This document shows, piece by piece, positions 36,332 to 37,761 of a stretch of DNA of 37,761 nt. The notes beneath the pieces were generated by a model. The model was not told the DNA's origin. It was given only the letters and a program-made list of their open reading frames with translations, and ran no database searches. A program made the translations under genes and the position numbers. The stretch's first letter is position 1. Every line of letters begins with the position of its first letter. Source of the DNA: Paraglomus brasilianum. Its lineage: Eukaryota. The stretch covers positions 1-37,761 of the forward strand of contig CAJVPI010000268.1 of NCBI GenBank assembly GCA_910592345.1, written 5' to 3'.

Positions 36332-36924
36332 CACACCTACGCGACAGATCATTGGCTCTCCCACCCAAAGAATACACCGACCGCAACACTTCACAACCAT
36401 TTTTGGGCACTTTCAGAAATGAACCTATGCAATACCCAAGGATCTAGTAGAAGTCATTTAACAATACTAAATACATAAAAATGACGACTCTTGGAGATTA
36501 TATGAACTAAAATATAAAAACATTGCATTGGTGATTAAAATCTACATGTACAACATGGAGTTAAATGGTTTCACACATTCCTTAGTTGACAGCATTTGAA
36601 ATTTTACAAACATGCAAAGCTACTTAACAAAAAGTTGGTGTCAGGATTGAGGCCTAAGTATGACGTATTCCTCCGTGATTTCCGATTCCGCAGCATACGA
36701 AATCCACAAGTAAGCTAAAAATCTGGACAACTAAAATAGATTGTCCGGGATATATCCAAACAATTTAGTGAAACGAGAATTAGTTAAATAGAGCCGTAGA
36801 TAATAGCAGATTCGATTAAGTAATAGATAGGCATTGCAACATAGGTAAGTGGGCTCTGAAAAAATAATAATTGATTGATCATAAAACATGACGTATTTTT
36901 TATAATTTAGAACTTTATTGAAAC

Positions 36925-37340
36925 AACTCAGTGGTACAAACATCAGCACAATTGTAATCATTGCGCAGCAGAAAATAGGCGTAGTCATGTCACTAAAAAT
37001 GACCGCACCGCATCGGACAGAAACTGTGACCAATATATCGAAATTTCAGGACACTCCGAGAATTTCCCCATTTGTCGAAATTGCGACAATTTGACAATTT
37101 AATGAAACGAATCGTAGATGATAGCCTAGCAGCATCTTCAGTTAATCTCTTCCTGGTGAAGATACAGCGCGTTGCTGGCGAAGTGTAACCGCTTTTCCTG
37201 TCAGCAGCAAATACTTGCCATCAAGTCCATTTAGATATTTGACATCAAGATTATTGTTTAATTTAATACTAGTGTAAAGAGAGATAATTTCCCCAACCGA
37301 TAGGTTTTTGAATTAATCCCGTCAAGTTTTTGGATATGTT
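36925..37340 (-). repeat. Diverged, internally deleted inverted copy of the 8570-9373 LTR-like element
   Basis: The reverse complement shares, in order, AATAATC.TGATG, TTGATGGCAAG, TCACCAGG, CTGAAGAT, TCGTTTCA, ATTTCGATATAT, TCCGATGCGGT and TTTGTACCACTGAGT with ~8840-9338. Confidence 0.75.
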
Positions 37341-37484
37341 GTATTTATTAATTGTACGAGAGACACATCCATTGATGAGTGTTTAGTTACATGCTAGCTA
37401 TAATTTTAAACGTTTATATTATTAAAGGGTATTTGCTGCTTCGAGAATGAGAAAATATACTCAATAATACCATAGAGTAATATA

Positions 37485-37761
37485 CAGTCAAACCTCTTTA
37501 TACTGATATTCTTTATACCGATAACTGGTTTATACCGATAAAGTTCGTTTACCCGAACCGTCCTACTAGAATTGGATACTCACTGAAACGAAAGAATAAA
37601 GATACCGTATCCTCTCGTGAATAAGCACCCCCTTTCGATCATATGAAAATGATCAGCAACCATCACGTAATAATAAACTTTAGGGGGGGTTATCTAACAG
37701 TAATCGCAGTAACCATAAATGCATTGTATTTGTGTACGTGCTGGCGTGTTGTTTGCTGACA
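37485..37761. mobile_element. Left terminus of a pogo/Tc1-mariner-like DNA transposon or MITE (may extend beyond the window)
   Basis: TA followed by CAGTCAAACCTCTTTATAC, a pogo-type TIR start, with three subterminal TTTATAC(T/C)GATA repeats (~37497-37540). The partner TIR is not seen in the window. Confidence 0.6.

Noticed and set aside
1..37761. tRNA, rRNA or snoRNA genes
   Set aside because: No cloverleaf or rRNA-like sequence was recognised by eye. tRNAscan-SE and Infernal/Rfam would be needed to exclude them.

Overview
AT-rich eukaryotic DNA with short spliceosomal introns. The gene content (TKL kinase-TPR, helical-RING/U-box-TPR gene, F-box paralogs, DPBB/loosenin-like protein) suggests an early-diverging fungus, most likely Glomeromycotina; this is inference. 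From left to right the window holds: the 3' end of an L1/Tx1-like LINE that appears to truncate a 4-exon kinase-TPR gene; a repeat-rich spacer; a 6-exon, strongly CpG-depleted RING/U-box-TPR gene with one frameshift; an LTR-like repeat with an inverted diverged copy near 37 kb; a secreted RlpA/expansin-like gene; a decayed SDR pseudogene; an inverted-repeat-flanked GA-rich minisatellite; and a pogo-derived MITE. After these come a tandem duplication carrying two intronless F-box genes, a 5-exon GPI-anchored Ser/Thr-rich protein gene with a GC-AG intron, a solo LTR with a 5-bp TSD, and the left end of a pogo-like element. The two F-box genes share a TATA box, an apparent gene-conversion tract and a 3'UTR Smaug/Vts1-type hairpin. 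No tRNA, rRNA or CRISPR array was seen. I cannot demonstrate a new biological system. The best leads are the divergent kinase-TPR / E3-TPR pair and the conserved non-coding elements of the F-box duplication. All exon models and alignments were done by eye.
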